Assembly: GCA_964187785.1 (NCBI GenBank)
Contig: OZ076409.1
Location: forward strand, 85,686,001-85,750,000
Length of the DNA stretch: 64,000 nt
DNA from: Amphiscolops sp. MND2022
Lineage: Eukaryota
Reading direction: 5' to 3'
How positions within the stretch are numbered: the first letter of the stretch is position 1; each line of letters opens with the position of its first letter. The notes beneath the pieces are model-generated. The model was not told the DNA's origin. It saw nothing but the letters and a program-made list of their open reading frames with translations, and searched no databases. The translations under genes were made by a program, and so were the position numbers. Shown piece after piece: positions 1 to 14,397 of this stretch.

Positions 1-1764
1 GTTAGTAGTGGTTGTTGGTTGTTTCGGGGTGTATTGTTCAGGAGTGATATATTGTGTTTCAGATTTGGAATTTTCTGCCTTGACCATGAAGGCAATGATT
101 TTAGCAGAAAGTAACATTACTTCATTATTTGAATAAGCTTGTTTCGACAACGCTGTATAGAAGGATTTCTCTTTGTCATTAAGAGGAGCAGAAACAAGGT
201 GTTTAATGACAATCAAAGGTTTTGCGATGATAGTAGGAACGTTACATGGCAAAAGGAAGTCATCAAAGAGTATCAGATATTCCTGAGGAACAATTATAGG
301 TCTCGATGTATCGTTATATGGCAAGAGACAAAAGTGTTGTTTTATAGGGTCGTAATTTCGTAGATAACCCGTTATGCGAGATTAGTCAATGGTATACAGA
401 TGTGTCAAAGTTTTTTGGTGATGTAAATTTGTAGTTGACGAAAGTGTAGTGTTTCGGTTTTTGATGTTTAAGAACTGTGACATAGGTATTATGATGAGTT
501 GCTTTTTGCGAAGATGAAAGGAAAGAACGGTCATCTTCTTCAGTTTTGAGATCATAGATTGACTGTCTGAGAAAATTGAACTGAAGAGAGAAAATTTTTA
601 CAATTTTGTCAAACCAATAATGATATGGTGTCATTCTTTTCGAGGCAATAGAAGTGAAGAAGTCTTGGTTTTTGTCATATAGTTTGAAGGAGTAGTCAGT
701 TGGGTGCATATATAGAGATGTGAGTTGAGATTTGAATGCGAAATTTTTGTTTGATAGATGATTTGAATGTTCGGTATGAGATAATCATCTCTTTGTGTTG
801 AAATTGAATCTTTTGGAGAGATGAGTGGTGGATATCCAGGAGAAGTAAAAAAGAAGGATCTTTCATTATGTCGTATTTCTTTTTTTATGGTGGAGGTGTT
901 GATGGAGATTGTTCAGGAGGTTTGTGATTTTGAGATGAAATTTCGTTATTATCAGTACCAGAAGATTTGTGAGTAGAGTCCATTTGTTCTATCTGATTGG
1001 TTGTAGGTTCAATAGGACTGGGAAAAGAAATAGGCGATTTGTTACACAAAGGTGTGGTTGATGAAGCTGAGATGTTTGAAATGTTTCGTGAATCCAGTTG
1101 TGATTGAAGATCTTTATGAGCTTGAGTCAAATTGAAGTTTACTAACGAGTGGCTTTATCTTGTTTTGAAGGAGTGGGTTGAGACAAGATTTGAACTGTAA
1201 TTGTTGGTTGCTTTGGACGTACTATAGATATTTCGATTGAAGAATCGATTTTGTTGGAAAAGAGGAAGCAATCTTGTTGAAAAATGACGACTATTTAAGA
1301 GAGTTCTATATGGTGGTGAAAGGCGTTCAATATTTTTTGAATGAAGAGCTTTAGATTGTTCAAGTCAAGGTGGTCAACTGGTATCCCGTGAAAAAAAGTG
1401 TTGAATGACCGATGTTAAAAAGATGGTGGAAAAGAATAATTCGTTTCGAATAAATCTTTACAGGAGTTTCCGTTCCAGGGTTGTCAAGTGGTGTAGAGTT
1501 CAACTGATAAGTGTCAGATTTGGAAGAGACATTTGTATAATGGGGTAATGAAGGATGTGACATGGATTGTGTGACTGGTTTTGAGTTGTCAATAGTGATT
1601 GTATTATAGGATTTACGTTTTGGAAGGAATTTAAGTTTTGACATTTTAGGTAGTTGACGTGTAGGACGTTTAGTGTAAAAGAGAGGTGGAGATATAACCC
1701 TGTTTGAGTTTTGGGTATCGTTGTTTCTATTTGGAGATAGTTGAAGATAATCATAGGGATAATT

Positions 1765-4100
1765 TTAATTGATCGACGTTTGGTCTATTGGGTTTTCGCT
1801 AATGGTTGACAAGGAAAAGTTTGAAGAAGTTTTGTTCGGACCCAATGCTCTTTTCTTTGAAGCAGCGTCTTTTAGGTCATTGATCATTTCAGATGTAAGA
1901 ATCTTGAAGAAACCATGTGCAATAGAACTAAAAAGAGTTATGTTTTGTTCCAGATTATATTTGATAGAAATTGTTTTGTAAACTTTAATAAGAAGTGGTA
2001 AGAGTGCCTGTATAAAAAGGAAAATAGACAAGTATATTCCAGATTGTGTGAGAATGTAGCATGGGTAACCAAAAAGAGTTATGAATGCATCATTAAACCA
2101 TGATGGTGTAAAAAGAGGAGTAAGATTCAAGAGTTTGTCATGTAGTCCCATATGACGAGTATTATTAGGTTTTGTTTGAAAATGTGTGTATCAGAATAAC
2201 TTGGAGTATTAGAAGAAATGAATGAATAACTAAGAGCTTTTCCAAGTAATTGAAGTGTAGTCTCAGAATGTTTTGAAAAGAGAATTATGTTCCAAAATTG
2301 ATCGAGTTCTGTATTCGAGTATATACCAGCATCTTGTGCTGTAAATGTATTTGGGCGTATTGTAGTTTTGATTTGATTAGGTGTAAACATAAGAAGAGGT
2401 TTTCGTTTTATAGGTTCTGGGCAAAGAATATAAAAATCTTGATCGTCAGTATCAGGGTCAAGTTCTATAATGTTTCGTGGATTCTTATCACAAGGTATAG
2501 GAGTAGCATACTCATATGTTTGTCGAGTAAAGGGATCTACATACTTGAGGGTATCTTTGTATTGTACAGGTTTTCTATCAAAGCAACAGTGAGCTTTGTA
2601 TAAAGGTGATAAGAAATGAGGACAGTCATATAACCAAGCTCTAGAGCCTGCTACGTTTAGGAAGTTACTTCGATTTCCAGTTAAGAGGAATCCTGCAAGT
2701 TGAGGATTTTTTACGGACATAGCAAGTATTGTAAGAAGTTGACTACGTTCGCAGATGGTATGAAGTGTAATAACTTCTTGTACAGTTATAGAACGAAACA
2801 CTTGGTTAATAGTATAATCTATTTTAGTATTAATATGAGCATCGTAGTCAATGGTTGCAAAGTAGTTAGATACATTTAGTGCTGGAAAAACAAAATGTTT
2901 TGTTGTAGAGTCTAATACTTTTTTACCAGAAATATTTTCATTTATTATAGATTGAGTATTAGGTTGTCCTGTATGCGTATTGAAACCTTCTTGTTAGTAA
3001 CAAAAAGATCTGAAGATTGTGTAGTATAAAGAGTTTCAGGTTTGCCACAAAATGTTTGAGTGTGTGGAAAGAGTTCAAAACGTGAGAGACTTGGGTTATG
3101 TGGGTTTTGTGTGTGAGGTGCATGAAAGTATGGAAAGGAAGTGCCTTGTATTCCTTAGGAAGTATCAGATTTATTTGGCAAAGAAGAATGGATGAAGGAG
3201 TCTGTTTCGATCCAATCTTTATCATTGATTTTAGTCATTCTACCTACAATGTCTAGGAGTGTGAAAATTGGACAAACGTCGTCACTAAACCAAACAAGTG
3301 TGAAATGAGTTTTAGTAGTAGGTTTACAAAAACCGTCAGCAAAATAATATGGAAGAGCGTGTCTGTCAATTACCATTAGGGTTTCGGTATCGTCATACGT
3401 AAGTTCTACTTCAAAGAGGGAAAGTCTCCAACTAAGTAAATGCACTTCAACTTGGTTAAGTGCTGGACAATTGTGAAAAAGATTGGTTTTTGGATCATAA
3501 ATCCAAGATTTTTCTGCTGGCATGTAATTGAAAGTACCAGTATACAATGTATTGAAGTTATAAACTGTAAAAGGAGTTTGATATTATTCAAGTTTTTCTT
3601 GGAAGTTATTTTCTACAAAAGTACGGTTGTAATTGAAGTTGTTTATTATTTTATTCTTTGTACCATTAAGATGTCCAATAAGGTTTTTACATTCTAATGG
3701 ATCAAGAGTGATTGAAAGAGGTAATGTATTATAGGTCCATACGGTTCAATCAACACGTCTGTATTTAACTGAGCCTTGAAAACAAAGCTTTCTGTCCTTC
3801 TTAGCGTAAGCTTCACATTTAAAAGTTTTAACGCGTTTAGCTTTAGCTCGAACATAAACTCGAGCTCGAACTTTAGCATGTTGAATGTTTGAAGGGGCTT
3901 CAGTACATGGTTTTACGTTCAAAAAATTGAATTGTCTCAAATTATGTTGTTTTTCACAATCATAGTGAGAAACCATAAGATTTGTAATGTTTGGGTCATC
4001 TGGAGGAAGATAATTGTCTGTATCAGTAAGTTCAATAGGTAATGGATGGGAATATAAAGAGATGTTATATAGAGAAATGTAAACTATTATTTGTATATAG
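1765..4100 (-). pseudogene. env: env-like glycoprotein fragments (chuvirus-like / class III fusogen-like)
   Basis: Fragments SHYDCEKQHNLRQFNFLNVKPC; HTICERSQLLTILAMSVKNPQLAGFLL..GSRAWLYDC; CFDRKPV..VDPFTRQ..PIPC; C-terminal hydrophobic segment GIYLSIFLFIQALLPLLI. Located downstream of integrase. Confidence 0.7.
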
Positions 4101-4620
4101 GTTGTGAATATATGTGTTTTAGAATGATGTTGTGTATTTGAGGCCTGAATAAGGCCTGTAAAACATGATTTTGCCATAGGCTAATTGTGGAAGAGTAGGA
4201 TCGCTGTTGAAATCTACGTACGTGACTATAAAAGGAGCAGGTGTAGTTTTATGTTCTAGTTTTGCTACTTGAAATACTGGATGGGGATTCAAACTCTGTA
4301 ATCTGATTTTTACTTCAAATTTTAATTCTAGTTTGGGTGTTGAAGCCTTTTAAGTTCATGTTCTTTACGTTTATCAGAAAGTGTTTTGTTGTTACGTATG
4401 AATCGTTGTGCAAGAAGTGTAAAACGAGGATCAAATCTAGGTTCGTATATGGTGATTCCGTCAACACGTAATGAATAGTCAGCAGAGTTAGGAGTAGGAG
4501 GTGTAGAGTTATTTGCAGTGAAACATTCTGGGAGACCTACTGTAGGTTGTACAGGAGTAGGTACTAAAACTTCGGAGAAAAGGTCACCAGATAATTATGC
4601 AGTCTGTACGTCAGATGATA

Positions 4621-6500
4621 TTAGAGATGCGTGTCTATACCAGACGTAAAATAAGAATGTGGAACGGGTTCAGAAGAGTGTGTTTCAGAAGATTGTGGTT
4701 CGAGCGTGTTTGAACTGCTGGATAATGTGGAAAAGTTAAGAGTAGATGTATCAGTACTTAGTCGTCGATTAGGTAGAGGACGAAGATTGTATCTATGTTG
4801 AGGTATATAAATTGTACAATTTGAGTCTTGTGATGGTTTATGTCCTTGTGTTGAATCGCCGTTTAATAAATATGATAGTGAAGTAGAACGTTTCGTGAGT
4901 GGTTTGAGAGTAGAATATGTTTGTGATTTTGTACTGGATTCAATGTCTGTATTATAAGTTGTTTTTGGTTTTTGCGGAGCTTGGTAATCTTGGTGCTGAT
5001 GGAGATGTATCAGGAGACGAATCCAGGTTGTCAGAATTTTAGTACTTATTGATTGATTGTGTTTATGCTTCAAGTTTTCAGAGCTGATCCTGATTAGGTG
5101 TTACTGTTTTAAGGTCTATAATACCACGTCACTGGATGCGTGGTATTATAGGATTCATTATCGGAAAGGAATGAAGACGAATCACTGTTTGCGTATTTAA
5201 TGGGTTTGGGAATATCTGTAATAATAGAATCTGAAAATCGCAAAAAGTTACAAAGATGAGGGTATAAGAGTGGTTCTTTTAGATATTAAGGTATTAAATG
5301 GTTTCGATGGATATGAAATGTACTACCATCTTGTGATAGAAGTTCATAGGTTACCTCTTCTGAGAGTTGATCTAATATTTAGTAAGGTCCAATACGAAGA
5401 ATTTTGAGTTTGTCTGAGAAGTGAACATTAGTGAAATTACGTTTCAAAACAAAGGTACCAAGTGGCAGAGGTTTACCTTCATGATAAGTTTCTGTTATAT
5501 ATGCTTGAAAATTGATTTTCTTTAAAGAATAGTTATGTACTTTTGTATAAATTTGTAACATAGCAGTTTTAGTTGCAAGAAACCATTGTGGAATAGGTTT
5601 CTAGAGTGTTTTGTAAAAGAAAGGGTTTAGGTCAGTTTTGTCATAATGAGAGTGTTCTGGAAATTGTGAACAATATTGGAATATACATGTGTTATTTTTG
5701 TTACGATTAGGGTTTAAATCGAATGTTAAAAGAATTCGAGGTCGTATATGAACGACTAATTCATGAGGTGAGACCTTGAGTGCTGAAAGGGGTTGTAAAC
5801 TATGTGCAAAAGCGTACATATGAACTTGATGTGTACAATCCTTGGAAGTGTTTTGTAAAAACGTACGAATATGTGTGTTGTGTGTTTTTGTTTTGAACTT
5901 CAACAAGTCCATTAGTCCAAGGAAAGTAAGGTGTTCTAGGAGAGTGTCTAATACCCATAAGTGTACAAAGGTGTGCCATATCAGTGTTAACATATTCTGA
6001 ACCACGATGAGTGACAAGATATATGGGTAGACCAAACTCGACAATCCAGTGATGTAAAAGTGTCTCAACTGCTGTTTGAGTATTGTTAGATTTGATAGGT
6101 ACTGTAAAGACAAAGTGACTTAGAGCGTCAACAATGGCGTGTATGTACGATTTTTTCTGTGAAGAAGGAGTGATGGGACCTTTGGTGTTCATTGAAACAC
6201 GATAGTTGAAAGAAGGAGCATGTTCTGAAAAAGATTGTTTAGGAGCAGTATTGATTTTCATATAAAAGTGTTTATTGCGTTGGCATTCAAGACAGTCATG
6301 TATGAAAATGGATAAGCATTTTTCAAGAAATGGAATAGAATAATATTGTGAAAATGCATTGTACGTAGTTTTAGTGCCAGTATGACAATGAGCGTGAAGT
6401 TTGTTGAAAGTTGTTTTAAAAAGTCTAAAAGGAAGGCAAATCCTGATATCACAATAAACTAAGGGTGTAGTTGTACTTGATTGTGTATCAGAAAAGTGTT
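4621..6500 (-). pseudogene. pol: Integrase (fragmented) with low-complexity tail
   Basis: IVDALSHF, FGLPIYLVTHRGSEY, PYFPWTNGLVE (degenerate DDE core), RIGPY (GPY/F motif), tail RYNLRP. Confidence 0.85.
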
Positions 6501-7149
6501 TGGTTTTGTAATATGCGTGTAGGAAAAGAGAAATATGTATTAAAGGTGTAGGATATTCAGATTTAGCATTGTGACGTATTCAGTGATATACAGTTTCCAA
6601 AACAGGATCTTGGGCTTGTTGATGTTGTATTGTATGAAGGTCTAGCGAAAAATCATCACGCAAGAAGAAACCTTGAAAATAGTTTATGTATTTAAAGAAG
6701 GAAGGGTCATAAAAGGGTATGACTTGAGAAGTATGTGTAGAGAGTTTAATAAGAGAGTGGGTGTTTGATATGTATCATTGGATTCATCATTGGATGAAAA
6801 TTTAACAGATTTTGGAATACGAGCGTATATAAGATCATCATCATCACTAGTAACATCAGTATCATCAAGAAGTAAAGATTGTTGATGTAAGGATTTGTTA
6901 TGTTTTCTAGCAGGTGTTTTATAATTGTTTTGGAATGGAGATATAGATTTGAAAGAAAATGAGCCTAGAGATTTGACAATAATGTCGTTACCTTCATCAT
7001 TTATACGGATAGAGAATTGATCTGTTCCATAATCAGCAAGGATAGGGTGAGAATCATGCTTTTGATGTGGTAATATTTCTTCATGTTGTTTTAAGTAACG
7101 AACAGGTGTTAAAGAGTTGTTTTGTAGTATAGCAAAATCTATCTGGGGT

Positions 7150-8770
7150 GGAAGTTATTTGTGTTTGAGTTGATTCAGTTGAAGTTCAGTTTTTGAAGAA
7201 CGACCGAGCATGTCTGTAACAGACAATTTTTTACCTGGAGTATGAATATTTTTTTTATTTAGAAACTTTTGTTTAATGCATTTGAGCACAATAAAAACGG
7301 GGACTAAGATTTCCTTTTTTTAAAACAGTGTAACAGATGTTTATGAGCTGTGAATATGTGAATTGGATGTGGAGATCCAATGATATGGAATTCATATATT
7401 TGTAGAGCATGTACTAAGAAATTCACGATCTAGTGTAGAGAGTTTTTGTTCTTGTGGATTAAGTACTAGACAGTTGTAAGAAATTACTTTCATTTTATTT
7501 TTTTATTGAGATGGAAAAGGACAACGCCTAGTCCATTTAATGAGGCATCAAGAGTAACGGAAAAAAGATGTTTTGTATTGGGTATTGTAGGTTCTGTATC
7601 AGAAGTAAGAGCGTTTTTAATTTGTGAAATAAAGCTTCATGTTCAGTAGTCCATGACCACGGAGTATTCTATTGTAATAAATCATAAAAAAGTTTAAGAT
7701 TAATGTGAAGTTTTTCTAGAAATTTTGTATAAAAGTTGAGTGCACCGATAAAACTCATAAGGCCAACATTACTAGTAGGATAGGGGATTTTATGAAATGA
7801 ATCAACATTAGAGTGTATATGTTTAATTTTGTTTTAACCAAATTCATGTCCAAGCAATTTACCTTTAAGTAACCTAAAAATTGATTTTTCAGCAGCTTGT
7901 TTCAAATTATGTTTTGTACTGATAGTATGAAGTTGTTCAATAAGTTGGAACATATGCTGTTTAGAGTTAGAAAATAATAGAGTATCATCAATATAAACGA
8001 GGGCGAAGCCTTGTTCTATGAGAGTTTTGAAGAAGGAAGATATTTGTTTTGTAAAGACGTTTGATAATCCTCTAAGTGCATAAAAACCTCTGACGAATTC
8101 GAAAAGTTTATCACCTGAGGAAAAACTAGTAAGTTTTCTGATTTCTTCATCAAGGGGAGTGTGAGCATATGCGTACATTAAGTCTATAGAACACGTGTAT
8201 TGTTTATTTGCACGAGCTAATTGTGGAGCAAGTTGTTCTATGGGCCAGGATTCATCGGATTGTTCTGTATTGGAATTCAAATGTCTGGCGTTTAAAACAC
8301 GTTCAATAGAGTCTCCTTTGGGTATAATATTGAGAGGATTGAGATAAGTTGTACCATAGTTGAGTTTGTCTTCAGGAGATGAGCCAATTTGTTTGATAAT
8401 GTTGTGTTTCTCTAATTCTTTAAGTAAGTTTTTGAGTTTTTCTCTGTAATGGATAGGGACTTTAGAAAAACGCTGCGTATGAAGTCGAGAATTTGGTTTT
8501 AAACGTATTCTAAAAGGGGTTGCACTTTTCCAACATCGTTTTCATGTGTAGCATAATAATTCTTGTGCTTTATTGATAAGTTACACAATGTTACATATTC
8601 GGTATCGGTAAGATCAGAAAATTGGAAGTTGAATTTGTTTTTGAACTTGAGATTGTCTTTTGAATATGGTAGTGTAGGACAAGCGCGAGATTTTGGTGTT
8701 TCAGAAGTGGGTTGAACGTTGTATATATTGGAATGAGGTGTATCATTTAATGTAGGAGACGTCATTATTG
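7150..8770 (-). pseudogene. pol: Reverse transcriptase / RNase H (fragmented)
   Basis: CSIDLMYAYAH and LVYIDDTLL (YxDD) plus KLLGH. RNase H remnants at about 7150-7600. Confidence 0.88.
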
Positions 8771-9106
8771 ATGTAGGGAATAATGATTTGATAAAGAGGG
8801 TAAACCTTGTGTAGGTATATTATAATTAGATAATGGAATTGGTTCAGTTTTTTCTGGGTGATACGTATGAGCTACATTGTGTACAAGAGTGTTTAGATCA
8901 TTAACTTGATAGTATTTAGGTTGTTCATTTGTGATAGGTACTTCAATATAACCAATATGTCCTTTTAAAATTGTTGCAATATGATTTGTAGAGGTGTGAA
9001 CATTTGTAGAACAAATATCAGGTTTGTCATCAGTGAAAACTTCAATGAAACTGAAAGTTGTACGAAACTTAGATGAGAAGTACGTATGTGGTTTTGTAGG
9101 AAAGAA

Positions 9107-9685
9107 TTAGTTTTTGGGAGTTGTAGCAAAGTGAAGATTGTAGTAGTTCTTTATGGGAAACCGAGCAATTTTTGAGGAGTTTGAATATAAACGTATTTGT
9201 CTTTTAGAATTGATTTTATATATGTACGAGAAGTTTGGATAGTCTTGCGAAGGTAGAGAAGTAAATTTAGTGGTATTCGGTTGATCTTTGGATTGGTATT
9301 TGAATTGTAATGTAAAGTCTTGAATAATAATGTTCTGTATATTTTCTTCAAATAATGGAGTTCCTAGAGAATTATATTTAATATCTTTAACAGCAAATGG
9401 GATGATATTCTGTCTGGAGGTTTGTTCGATAGACGTATTTAAGGTAGTAGATATATAATGTAAAGTAGGAACTTCAGTTTGGTTCGCAACAGTCAACGTT
9501 TTTGATGTATGATTTGTTTTGTTATTACATGTGATATTGAGAAGTTTTGCAATCGTAAGATAGGTAGGGCAGTTGAGTACTGAATTGGAAGCACCACTAT
9601 CTAAGAAAAAAGAGACTTCTACTTTTAAAGGATGATCATTATCATTGTACCTTTCAGGAGTATGTAGGAATAAGTGTACAACCAA
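9107..9685 (-). pseudogene. pol: Retroviral-type aspartic protease fragment
   Basis: FFLDSGASNS catalytic motif and downstream SLGTP. Confidence 0.8.
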
Positions 9686-9861
9686 TTTGTAGGTGTTAAA
9701 GCGTTAGCCATTTCTGTAGGATGGTACATATGGATTTCAAAATTAATAGGTGAAATAGATTGTTCTGTTTGAATGGTGTTGACTATATTCTGAAAGGCCT
9801 AGATTCTCGTGGTTGTGATGGAGGTCTATATGACGAAGTGTATTGTGGAAATTGTCTATCT

Positions 9862-11000
9862 CTAGAGTATGAACTGATCTATATCTAGAACGTGAATCTC
9901 TTCAATATGGCGACCTATATGAAGATCTGTATGGTGGACAATGAGAACGTGAATCTCGTCTGTTGTTGTCATATCTTGATCTGGTAAATTGTAGAGGAGT
10001 AGTAGTTCTGTCATATCTGTATCGGTCTCTGGAGTGAGAACGATTTCGATTTTGTGATGAAGTATGGCGATTTGTCTTACTAGGACGTGCTGTACTTCTA
10101 CTACGGTATCTATCATAGGATGATGTAGGTTTGTTGTTTGTTCTATAAGAGTTATTCTCACGAGAAGAAGAACGAAGGTTGTACAAATGATTTTTGAGGA
10201 GATTTAGATCTAGCTTAGGCGTCTCTTTTACTTTCATCATGAGATGGAATGATTTATATTTTTTTATATGCAGGTTTGTGTTTGTTATTGGGGTCTATGG
10301 ATTGTGTAAACCTAATGTGTTCAGATTGTTGTGTTTCAAAATTTTGTGATTGTAGTTGATATGTAATAGAGTTGACTTCGAGAGTGAGATCACGATTCCG
10401 TATTTTATCATTGGCTCTATCTTCAGCGTCGACTAGCTTTACAAGTGTATGAAATGGTATTGAAGCTTTTAAAACAGTTGAAGTGTGTTTTACTTGTCTT
10501 TTGTTTGCAAAGTCTTCAAGGTTTTTGGGAAGGCCTTTAGTAAAAATTTCAATTGATGGTAGAAGCTTCTCATTACACTAGCCTTTTTCAAGTAGTTGTT
10601 GAACTTTAAAAGCAAAGTGGAGTACTGTTTCATTATCCTTTTGACATGAGTTATGGCTTCAACTTGTGCATAATAAGCGTTCTTTTGAGAAAAAAATTGT
10701 TTCTTAAAAGCTTGTACAAAAGCCGACCAGTCTTGTTTGTATGTGTCATTTAAGCGAATGTACCAGCAAAGAGCTCTACCAGTAAGAAAGCGTAGTATAC
10801 AAGCCATTCGTTGGGCGAGCTAAAATTTATATTCATGAGAAGTTGTAGGTTGTAGACCTAAAGGAAATGTAACACGAGCTTCAATGTGTTGTAAATGTTC
10901 TCCAGGTGTATGTTTATGATCAAGACCATCAAATGATTTGATTGGTTCTGATATAGAACTAGAAGAATTGATGTATGTAGGGTTTGAAATGGTTGTTGAT
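9862..11000 (-). pseudogene. gag: Gag fragments (capsid-like part plus Arg/Ser-rich C-terminal region)
   Basis: LTGRALCWY..DWSAFVQAFKKQF retrotransposon gag motif, followed by an RS-rich segment at 9902-10240. Confidence 0.7.
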
Positions 11001-13850
11001 GGTTGAGTATAAGGATGTGTTATTTGATAGTTTGAATGTGAGGTATTTGTTTGTAAATTGTTAGTGTTTGTTGGAATTCGGATTGGTTCTGATAGAAAGG
11101 CGTTGATGGTACTGGAATATTTTGATGTTGTATGGAATTTCTTAACGTAGCCGTTTGAGTGTTATGTTCTGAAGAATATATAGAGTGTTGTGTATTATAT
11201 GTATTTGTACTAGATAAATTATATGTTAATGGGTTGGTAGGAATTGTTTGTAATGGAGGTCTAGGAAGCGTTCTAGAGTTAACAATAAAAGGAGGAGGAT
11301 TTGTATGTATCATGTTTATGTTAAAGGTGGCTGGTATGTTGGTATCAGTAGTACCTTCTGCTTGAGTATTTGGATGTTTTGTAACAGACGTATTTTCAGG
11401 AGTTGAAGGAGATTGAAATGTAGATAGTTGGCGTGTTTTGTTTATAAGACCATTAATGTTGTTATTAAAGGTACTGGGTTGTTGAGATGTGGTAGAAGAA
11501 TGATATGTATCAGATTCAGGTAGAGGAGGTACATCATAATTTCTAGATATTGGTGGTTGTATTGGTGGTTGTATTGGTGGTTGTGGTATTTTGGTATTAG
11601 TAGTGCATAAGGTCGAAGAACCTTGGAATAAAAATTGTGGATCTTATACTTTATTACGTCTTACATCTTGTTTTTCAACATGTCTTACAGGTACTGAAAA
11701 TGCATTTGAATCAACTGTAAGATCTGTACTTTGAGTGTCAAGTGTAGGATTTGAATCTTGAAGTTCATCTTTATTGTCAACATTATGATTGTCGTCGGGT
11801 TGAAGTGACAAATTTTCAAGTTGTATATTGGGTGGTTGTTGTATTATTGGTTGTGTTGTTTGTGGACTTTGTTGTGAGTTTTGAACTTGTGATTCAGATG
11901 TGTCAGAGAGAAGTTCATTTGGATCATGAACTTGAATGTTAGTGTTATGAGGTGTTATATGGATTTCAGATGTAGATGTAGTAAGATATGGACGATTATC
12001 GGACGTTTCGGAAAATTTTACAATGAAGTCATTATCGAAAGCAATAGTATCAAGGTATGGTATATGAATTTTTAGAGCATTTATATTTTGTGGATGTTTG
12101 AAATCATCTCTTATAATGAAAGGTAATAAATCTACTTTATCAAAGGTCTGTGGAAAATTAATACATGCTGATTGATCTTGTTGTACCCATATTAGTTGAC
12201 AATTGAATCGAAAGAACTTCTGAAGAAATTTTGCAAAGACTTGGATTTGTGGTATAGTGTCATCATTAAGTGTAAGATTTTGAAAAAAGTTTTACTGAAA
12301 ATGTGTAATTTGTAATATATCTCGTTGTAACCAGTAGTGAGAATTATTTGTCTAGTTATCTTGGAGTCAAAACCTGGGACTTCAAAATATTGGTGTTTCT
12401 GTTGAAGGTTCTCTAATAAAGAAGGACAATATAAAGGTGTATCTAAATTTTCATTGAATTCAGTTAATTTGTTCATATAGTTATTGAAAACGTCTTGTTT
12501 GTTTTGTGGATTTTTTGTCCTATAGTATGTTCCTGTAATAACAGTTCCAACATAGTTAAAAATGACTTGAAATTAAGCTTGTGATGGAGTTATTTCATAA
12601 GTTCGATATCTGATGTCATAAAGGTAAGAATCTAGATGTTCTCTAAGAAGAGGTATATTATGTATATAATGAGGTTCAGTTTCAAAAGTTAATGGATTTG
12701 TATATTGAAAGATGAGATTGTGTAGAAAAGGGTTGATGTCTTGAGTAACTGCACGTACATTACGAATTGGTGCAGTACTACACTGAAAGGGAGTAGGAAG
12801 CCTTGTTGATATTGTAGTTGTATTTTATTGAAAGTTCTATAAAACCATGTATTTAAGTGGTAAAATGATTTTGTAATATAAAAGGCTACTGAAATGTATT
12901 CTCTACTGAAATGTAAATGATATGGAAAAAATTGATCAACAAACAGGACTTGAAAGAATATGGTTCAACTGATAGTGAGAAAACGTATGTGTGTCTTTGT
13001 TATACATGTGTTATAGAAACGAGATGTATGATATATACCAAAGAGTCCGAGAAGAAGTAATAAAATATTAAATATCATAAGAGTTCATAGAGTTTAAAAC
13101 GTTGGAATGAAGAGTATAATGAATTGATCAAATTTTTTGGCAATTATGGCCATGAAAGCCATGAAAAACCAAATGAATAAAAAAACACCAACATAATCGT
13201 CAACAGTAAACATTTGAAGGTGATGGTGTATTATATAATGTTTTTTATATGGTGTTCTATTTGTGATTTGTAACAGTGTCGATATTTGAATGGTGTTCGA
13301 TTGGTGATTTGTATCAGTGTCTATCCCTGGTATTGTCATAAAAGTGTTATGTTTGTGATATATTAGGAGGTTCTGTAGCGTTATGGAAAAACTAGGAAAA
13401 TGTGTCAAAAGTTGTTAGATAAGGAGTTTCAGTGTAAAAGGTGTGCCAACTCAAGGAGTTGATCCAGACGGCTTACTAGCAGGAATTGTCGGATAGCATT
13501 TAGAGAGAAACCAACACGTATCGCACGTCTGCGGTTGGAACGAAGAGAAGAGAGACCAACACGAATCACCTTTGGCGGTGGTTGGAACGGAGAAAAATTT
13601 TTACTAACACGGATCACTATTGGAGTGGAAGTTAACTGACAGGAATTATGTTGTGGACGTAGTCAGAACCATACCAACACGAATCAATTTTCTGAGAAAA
13701 CTGGTTGGACCGAAAGGTTAAAAAGTGTAGATTATTCCAAGAGGGGGAGATACAGTGTGTCTGACAAAAAGATATCGAAAGAGGAAGTTGAAAAAACGTG
13801 CACTATAAGAGGAGAGGCGTGAGAAGAAAGGCAGGTAGAATATTTTCTTG

Positions 13851-13859
13851 ATTGCACCA
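13851..13859 (-). promoter_or_regulatory. Primer-binding site of element A
   Basis: TGGTGCAAT on the minus strand 2 nt after the LTR end ...GTACA. Confidence 0.55.
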
Positions 13860-13861
13860 AT

Positions 13862-14397
13862 TGTACTGCTTAGATTTAGGGTGTTTGTGGTAGAAGTTTG
13901 TTTAGATGTTTCTATAACAAGTTACTTTCATTCTAAGCAGAAGCCGCTATTGAAACTATTAGAGATCTCTTTCAATGTTTAGCTAAGTCTTCAGAGTTTA
14001 CCTTTCTTTTTTTTCACTAGTTATAGACTGAGAAATAACCTATCTATTGAGAGATATAAGTAAACTCTGAGTAGATTTTTATCATGACATACATCAATAA
14101 TTTAACTGTCATCAATAACTGTCTAGATGAAGTAGCATCGCTAAATCGAAAATAGATTAGTGGGCTAGTATCTAAATGATGAAGCATTCACTAAATAGAT
14201 TAGAGATTAGTGTGTTGCTATATCAAATTACTGAGAGTCTTTATTAGAAAGATCAGTGGGTAAAAATATCTGGATAGTAAGAGTATTCGCTAAATAGATT
14301 AAGTTAACTTCAAGATGTCATATGTCAGTTTGTCAAAAAGGAAAAGTTCTAGAAAGTTCTATAAGAAACTTTTGAGGTCATGTATCATGGTATCACA
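13862..14397 (-). repeat. Putative 5' LTR of element A
   Basis: TG...CA bounded block adjacent to the PBS. The partner LTR is not in the window, so the outer end is uncertain. Confidence 0.5.

Larger units (their letters stand above)
1..14397 (-). mobile_element. Decayed Ty3/Gypsy LTR retrotransposon with env-like gene (element A); 3' end lies outside the window
   Basis: Ordered minus-strand fragments gag-PR-RT-RH-IN-env, broken by many stops and frameshifts. PBS-like TGGTGCAAT sits next to a TG-bounded LTR-like block. The outer LTR boundary is approximate. Confidence 0.85.
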
